Part shown: positions 12,601 through 17,195 of the stretch, piece by piece
Layout of the letters: each line of letters starts with the position of its first letter
How positions within the stretch are numbered: position 1 is the first letter of the stretch
Source: Elusimicrobiota bacterium
GTDB taxonomy: Bacteria > Elusimicrobiota > Elusimicrobia > UBA1565
Direction of reading: 5' to 3'
DNA: 64,000 bases
Assembly (NCBI GenBank): GCA_016212885.1
Contig: JACRDO010000132.1
Location: forward strand, 28,779 to 92,778
Made by a program: the position numbers and the translations under genes
The notes under the pieces: generated by a model
Database searches by the model: none
What the model saw: only the letters and a program-made list of their open reading frames with translations
Told to the model about the DNA's origin: nothing

Positions 12601-15600
12601 AGTCGACAACATCACGGAGGCGGATTTCGGCCTCCAGTTCCCCTCGCGCGCGGAAGGCCCATTCCCCACCAATGTCCCGCTGATCCCGATCGCCGACGGG
12701 CCCAACGCGCTGACCGTGACGGCCTTCAACCTCGCCCCGGCCGAGGTCCAGCCCAACACCCTGAACGTCGCGCTCCTGCGCCTGAGCGCCGCGACGGACA
12801 CCGGCACGAGCATCATCTCGACCATGACGTGGCGGCTGCAGGCGAGCCAGCCCTTCAACCAGCTCACGGGCCTCACGCTCTGGCGCGACAAGAACGGCAA
12901 CGGGCTCTTCGAGCCGGGCATCGACGAGAGGGTGACCAGCGGCAACGACTCCTTCACGAACGGATACTCGACGATGGCCCTGACCACCCCGGAGATATCT
13001 TCGCGGACGGTGAAGACGTCCGCGGTCAACTACTTCCTGAGCGCGAACGTGAGCGCGAGCGCCCCGCAGGGGACGACCTTCAGGATCGCGCTGTCCACTC
13101 CGCCGGACGTGCGTCTGGAGAACCCGCTCGATACCGTAAGCTTCACGCAGATCCCCATCATCACGAGCAGCTGCACCATCATACAGAACAACATCGTCTG
13201 GATCTCGACCACGGATCTCTCGCCGGGAGCGTACGGCCAGACTTACTTCCAGGGGAACCTCTATTCGGTGCTTCGCGCGACGCTGAGCGTGGACATCGGT
13301 TTCGCGGAGATCAACCAGGTCACGATGGACCGGACCGGCGACGCGCAGCAGGACGACGTCCAGTACGTGGCGGTTTACAGGGACCAGAATCTCGACGGCG
13401 GACCCCTGAACCCGGTGGTGGATGTGTTTCTCGGCTCTGCGATGTTCGATCCTCTTAAGAAGGCCACCATCGATATCACCACGGCGACGGTCGCCGCGGG
13501 CGCGACGACGGTGTTCTTCATCGCCTATCAGATCAACCCCGCAGCCAGCCCCGGCCGCACGCTCGGCGGCTCCATGACGAACTCGAGCTACTTCCATACG
13601 TCCAATCCCGCGAGCGTCGTTTCGTCGGTCACGATGGATGGGAGCTCCCTCTTTGAGATCAAGACGGCCACCGCGCAGATCGAGGCGACGCAGAACCAGA
13701 TGAAGATCCCGCTCGCGCAGTCCGCGGCCCCCGGCGCGATCGACCAGGTGGCCAACGACATCGGGATGCTGCGCGTCGACATGGTTTCCGACCGCAACAA
13801 CTTCAACTGGCTGAGCCTCATCGTGCGGAGCATCGGAACCGCGCTGGATTCCGACGTCCGGAACGTGCGCGTATTCCGGGACGACGGAAACGGCCTCTTC
13901 TCGGCGTCCTCGGACACCGCCATCAGCGACATCTCCCAGACCTTCACCGGGGGCCAGGTCAACATCCCGCTCTCCATCCCGCAGGCCGTCACCGGCTCGA
14001 CGCAGACCTACTTCGTGACGCTCAGCCTCAACCCCTCGGCCGTGCCGGGAAGGACCGTGGGGGTGGTGATCCCCTCGACGGCGAGCTTCAATGTTAGCTC
14101 GCCGAACAAGGTCTCCAGCCAGACCGCGCTCGGGCCGTTCGCGGGCGGCCCGGTGGCGATCAACCAATTCGCGAACACCATCGCGGTCTCTACCCGCGGC
14201 ATCACGCCCCCGCTCGGCGCGGTCCCGGGGGCGAGGAACGTCGGCCTGCTCGATCTGACGCTCAAGACCAATGTCTCGAACGCGGGCTGGGCGGGACTCA
14301 AGATCGACCAGGCCGGGAGCGCGTCGGACTCGGACATCACCGAGGTGAAGGTCTACTACGACCTCAACAACAGCGGCTTCTTCGACCCCGCAAACACCCA
14401 GCAGTATCTCCTGGTCAGCTCCACCGGGCAGCGCTTCGGGCAGGTCCAGGCCGGCAGCGTGGACATCGTCTTCCCGAGCACCCCCTCGCTGGGCCCGGCC
14501 CCGCAGAGGTATTTCGTAGCCGTGGACCTCGCCGACGACGCGACGCCGGGCAAGACGGTGGCCCTGCGCGCCATCAGCAAGGACTACTTCGTTCCGGTGG
14601 CGCCCAACCAATTCGGTCCGGTGAGCTTCAACTCCCAGCCGCCTATGGACCAGGTCGAGATCAAGGCTCCGCCGGCGCTGATGTACGTCCTTGGAACCAG
14701 CTCCGCGCCGGCCGAAGTCGCGCAGGGCACCGCGAACGTCGTGATGGCGGCGCTGAAGGTCTGGATGTCGAGCTACACGGGGCAATGGACCCAGCTCAGC
14801 GTGGACCGCTCCGGCGCGGGCATCGACTCGGACATCAGCGGGGTCAAGCTGTTCTACGACACCAACGGCAACGGCCGGCTCGACGTCATGACGGACGAGC
14901 GGATCAGCACGGCGAGCTTCATCGGGGGCACGGCCGCCCTGATGTTCTCGACCCAGACGATCACGACCAGCTCGAGGACCTACTACCTGACCTACGACCT
15001 CTCCATGACCGCGGTCGGAGACCACGCCGTGGGGGCCGCCATCAACGCCCCCGGCCTGCTGGCCGTGGCCATGCCCAACAGCGTATCGAGCGACAACTTC
15101 CCGTTCGCGTCGGCCGCCTCGAGGGTCGTCACCACACGCGCGGACCTCTTCGTCGTGGGCCAGAACAAGGCGCCGGGCATGCTGATACAGGGCGCCACGA
15201 ACCAGGTGATGCTCAGCCTTCAACTGAGCACGACGGAGCATGCCATCCTCTGGAGCGGGCTCACCGTGCGCTCCTTGGGCACGGCCGCGGACTCGGACAT
15301 CAGCAGCGTGCACATATGGAAGGACGTCAACGCAGACGGCTTCCTGGAGGCGGACATGGACCAGGACATGACCTCCGGGCTCAACGGATTCCTGGGCGGG
15401 TCCGCGGTTGTAAGCCTGATCACCGCGCAGACGATCAGCATGGCTCCCATGCGCTACCTCGTGACGGTGGACGTGGCCAGCTGCGCCTCGCCCTCCGCGA
15501 GCTTCGGGCTTACGCTGGCAGCGACGAACGCCTTCTCCGTGAACGCCCCCAACACGGTCGTGGACTCAGGCTTCCCGATCTCGTCGGTCGTCGTCTCGCT

Positions 15601-17077
15601 CAAGAAGAGGGCGGAGCAGCTTCTCGTTTCGCCCTCGGACCTCGTGCCGGCGACCGGGATCAACCAGGGACTCGAGGCCTCCGTCGCCAAGCTCGCCTTG
15701 AGAGCCTCGCGCAACAAGGTGGGCTGGACCCAGGTGAGGCTCGCCCGGATCGGGACCCTCAGCGATTCGGACATCGAGGAGGTCCGCCTCTATCGCGACG
15801 AGGACGCTTCCGGGGCCCTCAGCCCCGCGGATATCCTCATCGGCGCCGGAACCTACAACTCGGGCTCGGCGTCCATCGTGTTCGCCCCCGCCTTCGTGCA
15901 GACGATCACCCTCTCGACCCAGACCTACCTCGTGTCCTACAAGATCAAGCCCTCGGCGACCGTCAATGCCGTCGTCGGGCTCACCGTGGCAGAGTTCACG
16001 GTCGACAACCCGGACAGCGTCTCGCTGACGGGCCTTCCGTTCTCGACTTCGCTCGCGAAGATCCTCGATTCCCGAACGCCGAGCCGGCCCGTCGTGACGG
16101 TGGCTGACGGCGCGTTCAGCAGCAAGTCCGAATACCTGCAGTTCAACTGGCAGTCGAGCGTAGTGCTCGGGTATCTGGCGGGCGCCTTCTACGCGATCGG
16201 AACCACCACGGGAGGGACCGACTTGACGAATGGCTTCAAGCCGATCCGGGTCTCTGAGCTCTCCGTCCGAGCGACGGGCTTTGTCTTGCAAGACCAAACG
16301 ATGTACTACGTCTCCGTGAAGACCCAGTCGAACGAAGGCTGGTTCAGCCCCGTAGGCACCTCGAACGGGGTCTTCATGGACTTCGTCATCCCGCCGACCC
16401 CCGCGGCCAAGATCCACCCCCCCGGGGAGAGCACGCTTCGGGTCAGCTGGGGCTCGGTGACCGGCGGGCTCTCGGGCATCGCCGGCTACCGCATCGAGTA
16501 CCGCCGGGCGCAGAGCCCCGTGTGGTACAACGCGAAGACCAAGCAGCCGATTTCTGAAACCGGAGTCTCGGCAGCCGGAATGGGCGGGAAGGGGCTGCGC
16601 GCCGCGGCTGTCTCGCCCGATGAGCTCGTCACCGGAGTCTCGTACCAGGCCACCGACATGCCAAGCGGAACATTGTACGTGCGCATGCGCGCGTTTTCAA
16701 CCGCGGGCCTGGCCAGCGCGCCGACCGACCCGGAGAAGGTCCAGATGGGGCCGCCGGGGACGGCGGCCATCAGCCAGATATCCTGCGCTCCCAACCCGTT
16801 CGACTCTCGAACAAAGCATGGGTGCATCGTGTACACCCTCAGCCAGGATGCCGACGTGACCATCAGCATCTTCAATGTCTTCGGCGGCCTAATTAAGACC
16901 ATGTCGTATTCGGCCGGGTCCGCCGGCGGGCAGAAGGGGACCACAGATATCACGGCCTGTCCGGTGTTCTGGGACGGGACCGACGAGTCGGGACAGAAGG
17001 TCTCCAAGGGCATCTATCTGGCGGTCATCCAGTCCGGCGGGGCCAAGGAAATCCTGAAGATCGGCGTCATCCACTAG
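2..17077 (+). CDS. Giant secreted multi-domain surface protein (adhesin-like), 5'-partial, >5686 aa
   Basis: One uninterrupted frame runs from the window edge to TAG at 17075-17077. Codons 2-16 (AAKAA) continue the Kelch repeat pattern seen downstream, so the true start lies upstream of the window. Domain and repeat grammar is coherent along the whole length (see sub-features). Overlapping ORFs in other frames are Arg/Gly/Pro-rich artefacts. Confidence 0.9.
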   Translation, partial: AAKAAMTTARYSLAAAALSGKVYAVGGMGGTQKENEEYDPAANTWASKALMTTARNSLAAAAVGGKVYAVGGTGGTEKENEEYDPNVNTWASKTAMTTARSGLAAAAVGGKIYAVGGSGPSGANEEYDPATNGWTSKTALTIARSGLAAAAVGGKIYAVGGTNGVVLSSAAEYDPGSNTWSARAQMPTARQQLALAATGGKLYALGGIGGANNENKEYDPGFSQKFTGLTPNTLYTFKARGRNASGAETPETPAISTYTLALAPGGLVAASSFTNVASTGVRVNWSSGTPAGYNPIGTLYRLELATAASFTTLAGSSQTYNTYAGLTGLTPSTKPYFARVEAISGAGIPTSWLSLGSLSSGTLQVTISTFAGTAGNSYAIAWGDYDNDGNPDLAVANYGLNILLLRNNGNGTFAQSTILATAGNYTGIAWGDTDNDGLLDLAVAVNVGDEFILHNDGGGAFTPNTLTGSGGNSYAVAWGDYDNDGRLDLAVANDLAQDDYVARNNGNGTFAIVPLTQTLGNSRGIAWGDYNNDGYLDLAIGNTDKDVVIVRNNNGVSFSTFAVTGSGFANGGIAWGDYDKDGYLDLAFALNTGIVVLRNNGGDGTFAKNTISAPGSNAGVAWTDYNGDGRLDLAVSRSGGQAQILLRNDGGVSFTTVTFAGSAGGAVRGFSLGNFDLSGGPDIALANDGGSDELLLHNDDQLAHAAPGAPSAGFSATLQEYSLFSSSGILALSWGNGTDAETSTAALRYLLRIGTTVAGSSTTCKIPAKFGLDAGASGGSFLYSTRISSAAAGLRLILQKETTVYWAVMTQDGEGLRSAESAEQTAFLAAPGLVTDLRVSAIVSTGLGASSMTVTLQWTAPGDNGYSGAITNGAFEIRCSTTEAILSTSAYAAAQVAVSLATSVVPGALQTHSIPYLNAAATHYFALTMKDGFGARSALSNPATAQSYVLRLPASAGNLYGLAWGDYDGDGRPDMALSYYGGSVVLMHNDGSGAFTQTTVPGTSGSNTGVAWGDFNSDGRLDLAVAVDGSDEYVLRNNGDGTFTNVPVTGSGGRSYAVAWGDYDNDGLLDLAVANETAQDDLIARNNGNGTFTLVPLTQTIGNSRGAAWGDFNNDGFLDLAIANTDKDVVLARNLGNGTFSTGTIGGTGVSTAAAWGDYNNDNYLDLAVANSDGVALMRNKGDGTFAKVWIAGTAGNNAGLAWADFNNNGFLDLLVSRPGGSAQLLLRNNGDGTFTQTLLPLPGSNVVNVSWGDFDADGDLDIAAGSRGWIDAFIFRNDAALAHNAPAAPVSGFSATFQEYAAFSSTGVLTLSWGDASDVETPTSALNYLVRAGTVVSGSSATLKIPFNYGLDGAAGGGSFPYGTRVSALQRGLKFAGFSKGATIYWAVAAEDGEALRSGESAEQTANLTPPASVNNLAAAQDAAVETSSVSWVRLTWTVPGENGTSNPLLPGARYDLRWSTVAPVALESDYNRAPNQSLIPADGESPGATHTQLLAVTAGKTYYFAMTTLDSCNSRSGLSNAANIPMTAWLQEVITDAAPPAALQGDTTAFLKLRLWTNLGSLSWTKLRVRKLGTLPDAAVKNVAIYGDANTNGIFDSGDTAALYSGVPAVFASSAVTLAVQTVGQTISNSTRTYFLTLQLEPSYLPQDGSTAALKLDGEAFSVIGGGVLGTDFPGLLLDGIDDRVRASDSAVLDPPNQITLDAWVRTTDPGPNRSIITHSNASGTDGYRLWLNGSTCGAGVPTLFIGPSVLCANRGGSPVSIADDRWHQVSAVYSIAGGLGQLMFIDGEMLSTGPVTGSISDSASELGVGGPNNYAGNYLNGKIDEARISQTARYTSSFIPWRRSDTDYNTVLQYHFDAMDGTGTVVTDAAGQVTGILDGQARGYGRSTATVVVDAQDMMMSSATSLLPDTLYRNAVNVPVLKLQLWASQDNVIINRLSVAQTGTGASAGVANLRLYRDNGDGYFQPTLDQSLTLGQVFSVNKATFDLLGATPPAPQQVWSSTKTYFVVWDVTGGAETGKSLGLAISTDDFVLAGATDAVSTAAFPLRASTVPVVSARVYVTPETPPSAWVNVSSLVFIGDFTLGNVDHFYYLFDQNPGTQINGGGSETLWTIGKATATATADGSSWYFHVRAFDYLGQGGTQTDFGPYFVDRTRPTGASFVHFNSTGGALGQSQVNDLAQPVTAQLSVQDSGAGLNVVGPAPLAPSPGTVSLWRLDDTSGAVWKDSGPASISLSSVGVVSRGAGRFGSGVLLAGSGDLRSASPAGLPTGAVPRAIEAWINPVSTQGTLGLVSWGTSGAGTLMRFSMVSGQLAADMGGITVSGGPVLSTGVWQHAAFSYDGSAARLYLNGALAASQSVGALATALGTLFIGATESGGRFWGSIDEVRIMNSALADGQVYDDCTRGHPYFVAFSSSAGSSWQVVVATGAGAGARVGLDGAHGSTGPQTLKVKGLPLNVSTSSAAGALATNQVIFYQTDRAGNTNILGPYGILVDTNPQVAYSTPILPGDGMYTGARPWFEWTGPSTAITAGMGGANGLGGSFYLQVSSNDPTFADPNIVLSISTPAIMGDNTLPKVYGVYLSTHSLGEGATYYWRIRSKSFLDVLGPWGPWKSFVVDASTPAAANYRMYSATGGVVLEGQYTDLMLGVTAQTTVTDNLSGFSKSFRFDPAAGTVALWHFSERDGLAPKDASGNNNTAALLGISGGPPGYRTSPFGAGLRCGGSHVFRTSNAQFDFPANSNMTFEAWVNPDDVSGIQALGGVGSVTFPGGNWLLRISDGRLFFSNNTGFINSPAMMSAGVWQHIAMTLRGARVAFYINGVQVAAGLSGSGGNSGGPSVQPFTLCAAVDNDGVTYQSPYSGMIDEVRVLNYAADPLQIAADYAATLSGIYAVEYSTTAGASWIVVSATAPASGWAHLELGGSEGSVGPEAWSVRNLQLVHSTSAAIGYQATNQIRFSVPDRAGNTRLSGPYAAIVDTTVAAAVSTPSYPANGAFLTQQPNFLWSGPSTKTASGMGLAASYFLEAAADPAFASPVISISTPVIIQSTFAAATFGAYLSTYTLMDATTYYWRVRSRDFLGLLSPPLSVSSFVTDLGAPAGSAFRSFNSTGGATAEDLVNNLTSNVTAYVTFQDPGSGLKVSPAAGAMPFGVIYSTTGGAGNSAWVDGGRTAEGGLPESWWDPTVATITALATFQSRLYAGAAGPGRTFEYDGTQWSQSGTFPSDVLTLKEFRGKLYAGLSGGSVYSFDGISWNLAASLPAARVNALAEHNGRLYAATGAEGQIFAFDPDAGGWYEVFRATEPEFFSLKSYNGRLFAGAGPDIYSFDGSTWTVTNWIGGSARAFEVYRGRLYAGTNISGYIYAYDGSVWTRPLDISEDFNRALGVFGGRLYLGASLPSNGRIYMYDGNTGPGGLLVYTLPTPADSIYAIASYGNRLYLGGTSPSGAKVYVSTPLAVSLTGLDGAKTPEQLKITGLNPIQSVNANICNGNWACTATNQVRFTAADQAGNIGQAGPFAILVDPSLSPPTALYPPSGSFVRSSSPTFVWAESSAMSIHNVQVSSQAAFTNLSLDSIANTPAYTSPVALANATTYYWQVRSRSPSGIYSAFSAVNAFVMDLSRPTTSVFLHFGSTGGPLAESQFGNLAAGVTVEITLQDIVSGLDRGPRRQPVSGAAALYPFDEGFGMYASGLGGEYRLAFSSGASWAPGLISSAVLTGGATYLYNASPNYNPAWPAVGLPIAGGTRTIEAWIYPLDGQGGGILHYSDFRLHISGSCSGPVPGNSYLCVNASQGAAYTFTPSQWHHVAYTYAGGTHTLYADGILLGSFQQMLNTPGAGPIFVGTATDCGAFRGRIDELRILAKALSAAEVDSGYRLSGAFRVSYSSDGGANWTVVTATAPAWGPHLVLSGPPGSTAPQTLRLENFSLAQSTILATGAYGTNQVVFSVSDQAGNEATAGPFTVLVQTSVPQPILTSLTPRSTESIFATAIATDPLSGVMEYRFEASPNKTFAPPVSTSPWVAVSTYLPTALLGWASASSYTFTGLASATTYYVRVTVHDNLSNLSPPSDVGKVAGFAVDAATSTYGSVFFSTKSVAPASALQNTDVAMLKFMLATPLGSSSQFYSLTVRKTGTAPDAAMQKALIAIDNNGDGIYTKGVDAVLAEAPFTNSVATLSLAAAGNSENLGPALKTFFIAYRVTTDAQPGLTVGVDNITEADFGLQFPSRAEGPFPTNVPLIPIADGPNALTVTAFNLAPAEVQPNTLNVALLRLSAATDTGTSIISTMTWRLQASQPFNQLTGLTLWRDKNGNGLFEPGIDERVTSGNDSFTNGYSTMALTTPEISSRTVKTSAVNYFLSANVSASAPQGTTFRIALSTPPDVRLENPLDTVSFTQIPIITSSCTIIQNNIVWISTTDLSPGAYGQTYFQGNLYSVLRATLSVDIGFAEINQVTMDRTGDAQQDDVQYVAVYRDQNLDGGPLNPVVDVFLGSAMFDPLKKATIDITTATVAAGATTVFFIAYQINPAASPGRTLGGSMTNSSYFHTSNPASVVSSVTMDGSSLFEIKTATAQIEATQNQMKIPLAQSAAPGAIDQVANDIGMLRVDMVSDRNNFNWLSLIVRSIGTALDSDVRNVRVFRDDGNGLFSASSDTAISDISQTFTGGQVNIPLSIPQAVTGSTQTYFVTLSLNPSAVPGRTVGVVIPSTASFNVSSPNKVSSQTALGPFAGGPVAINQFANTIAVSTRGITPPLGAVPGARNVGLLDLTLKTNVSNAGWAGLKIDQAGSASDSDITEVKVYYDLNNSGFFDPANTQQYLLVSSTGQRFGQVQAGSVDIVFPSTPSLGPAPQRYFVAVDLADDATPGKTVALRAISKDYFVPVAPNQFGPVSFNSQPPMDQVEIKAPPALMYVLGTSSAPAEVAQGTANVVMAALKVWMSSYTGQWTQLSVDRSGAGIDSDISGVKLFYDTNGNGRLDVMTDERISTASFIGGTAALMFSTQTITTSSRTYYLTYDLSMTAVGDHAVGAAINAPGLLAVAMPNSVSSDNFPFASAASRVVTTRADLFVVGQNKAPGMLIQGATNQVMLSLQLSTTEHAILWSGLTVRSLGTAADSDISSVHIWKDVNADGFLEADMDQDMTSGLNGFLGGSAVVSLITAQTISMAPMRYLVTVDVASCASPSASFGLTLAATNAFSVNAPNTVVDSGFPISSVVVSLKKRAEQLLVSPSDLVPATGINQGLEASVAKLALRASRNKVGWTQVRLARIGTLSDSDIEEVRLYRDEDASGALSPADILIGAGTYNSGSASIVFAPAFVQTITLSTQTYLVSYKIKPSATVNAVVGLTVAEFTVDNPDSVSLTGLPFSTSLAKILDSRTPSRPVVTVADGAFSSKSEYLQFNWQSSVVLGYLAGAFYAIGTTTGGTDLTNGFKPIRVSELSVRATGFVLQDQTMYYVSVKTQSNEGWFSPVGTSNGVFMDFVIPPTPAAKIHPPGESTLRVSWGSVTGGLSGIAGYRIEYRRAQSPVWYNAKTKQPISETGVSAAGMGGKGLRAAAVSPDELVTGVSYQATDMPSGTLYVRMRAFSTAGLASAPTDPEKVQMGPPGTAAISQISCAPNPFDSRTKHGCIVYTLSQDADVTISIFNVFGGLIKTMSYSAGSAGGQKGTTDITACPVFWDGTDESGQKVSKGIYLAVIQSGGAKEILKIGVIH
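1090..4590 (+). repeat. Internal tandem duplication of a ~580-aa module (FG-GAP/VCBS propeller plus Fn3-like tail) in the giant CDS
   Basis: Copy 1 spans about 1090-2860 and copy 2 about 2870-4590. Each has 8-9 FG-GAP units (AWGDYDNDG.LDLAVAN....L.RNNGNGTF) followed by AH(A/N)AP.AP..GFSAT(L/F)QEY...LSWG...AL.YL.R.GT. Some stretches are nearly identical between copies (LTGSGGNSYAVAWGDYDNDGRLDLAVAN vs VTGSGGRSYAVAWGDYDNDGLLDLAVAN). The period is about 1740 nt. Confidence 0.8.
6465..11880 (+). repeat. Four copies of a ~465-aa super-repeat (Ig-like / LamG / Ig-like / Fn3-like) in the giant CDS
   Basis: Units start near 6465, 7858, 9272 and 10840, each opening with F..(F/Y).STGG........(N/D)L...VTA...(V/F)QD..SGL. 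Next comes a LamG/ConA-like block (..(E/D)AW(I/V)NP....W(Q/H)H.A..Y.G....LY.NG.......(I/G).IDE(V/L)R(I/V)). Then come (Y/F).V.YS...G..W.VV...TNQ(V/I).F...D.AGN....GP....VD and P..G.......P.F.W.GPS....YYW(R/Q)(I/V)RS. In the third unit the LamG block is replaced by a beta-propeller. Confidence 0.7.
9540..10345 (+). other. Second beta-propeller-like region (about 8 blades of ~40 aa) replacing LamG in super-repeat unit 3
   Basis: Recurrent (F/Y).(G/N)(R/K)LY(A/L)G......G.(I/V)Y.(F/Y)DG..W units, e.g. FRGKLYAGLSGGSVYSFDGISW, YRGRLYAGTNISGYIYAYDGSVW and FGGRLYLGASLPSNGRIYMYDG. Confidence 0.6.
12230..16060 (+). repeat. Array of 8 tandem ~160-aa modules, each with an embedded D.N.(D/N)G..D Ca-loop-like motif; family not recognised
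   Basis: Period is 460-500 nt. Each unit has (V/A).(M/L)L(K/R)(F/L).L........W..L.V...GT..D.D(I/V)..V.(L/V)(Y/W).D.N.(D/N)G.(F/L)(D/E)....D......F......(L/V)......(I/V)......TYF(V/L). Loop motifs sit near 12410, 12880, 13375, 13870, 14350, 14850, 15310 and 15790. Two more diverged copies lie near 4660-5000 and 5760-6130. Confidence 0.7.
16780..17074 (+). other. C-terminal FlgD-Ig-like / T9SS-type sorting domain (CTD) of the giant protein
   Basis: The terminal ~95 aa read CAPNPFDSRTKHGCIVYTLSQDADVTISIFNVFGGLIKTM.....WDGTDESGQKVSKGIYLAVIQSGGAKEILKIGVIH. This matches the NPF...(I/V).Y.L.....V...I(F/Y)...G.L(V/I)..L......WDG.D..G..V..G(I/V)Y signature of FlgD_ig / Por secretion tail domains. Confidence 0.7.
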
Positions 17078-17140
17078 CACCCCTGAGAAGCGCTGAAATA
17101 TCCTGATTTTTTCGAGCCCCGGAATTCCGAAGTTTCCTCA

Positions 17141-17158
17141 TGATTTCTTCGTGATTTA
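17141..17158 (+). promoter_or_regulatory. Direct repeat TGATTTC-N4-TGATTTA (11-bp periodicity) upstream of the barrel gene; candidate winged-helix (OmpR-type) regulator site
   Basis: TGATTT starts at 17141 and 17152, and a third copy starts at 17104. The repeats lie in the only AT-rich gap (17078-17195) between the giant gene and the downstream cluster, about 40-55 nt upstream of the ATG at 17196. Confidence 0.25.
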
Positions 17159-17195
17159 AGCCGATCCGCCGCTAAACTAATAGCGGGGACGGACT

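Noticed and set aside
12335-15313. 992-aa ORF on the minus strand, antisense to the giant gene. The same judgement applies to 7988..9801 minus, 5174..5920 minus and 6752..7924 minus.
   Set aside because: The translation is dominated by Arg/Gly/Asp/His/Pro runs with no domain grammar. It lies entirely inside a plus-strand frame that has clear repeat and domain structure. This is the typical absence of stops in the antisense frames of GC-rich DNA.
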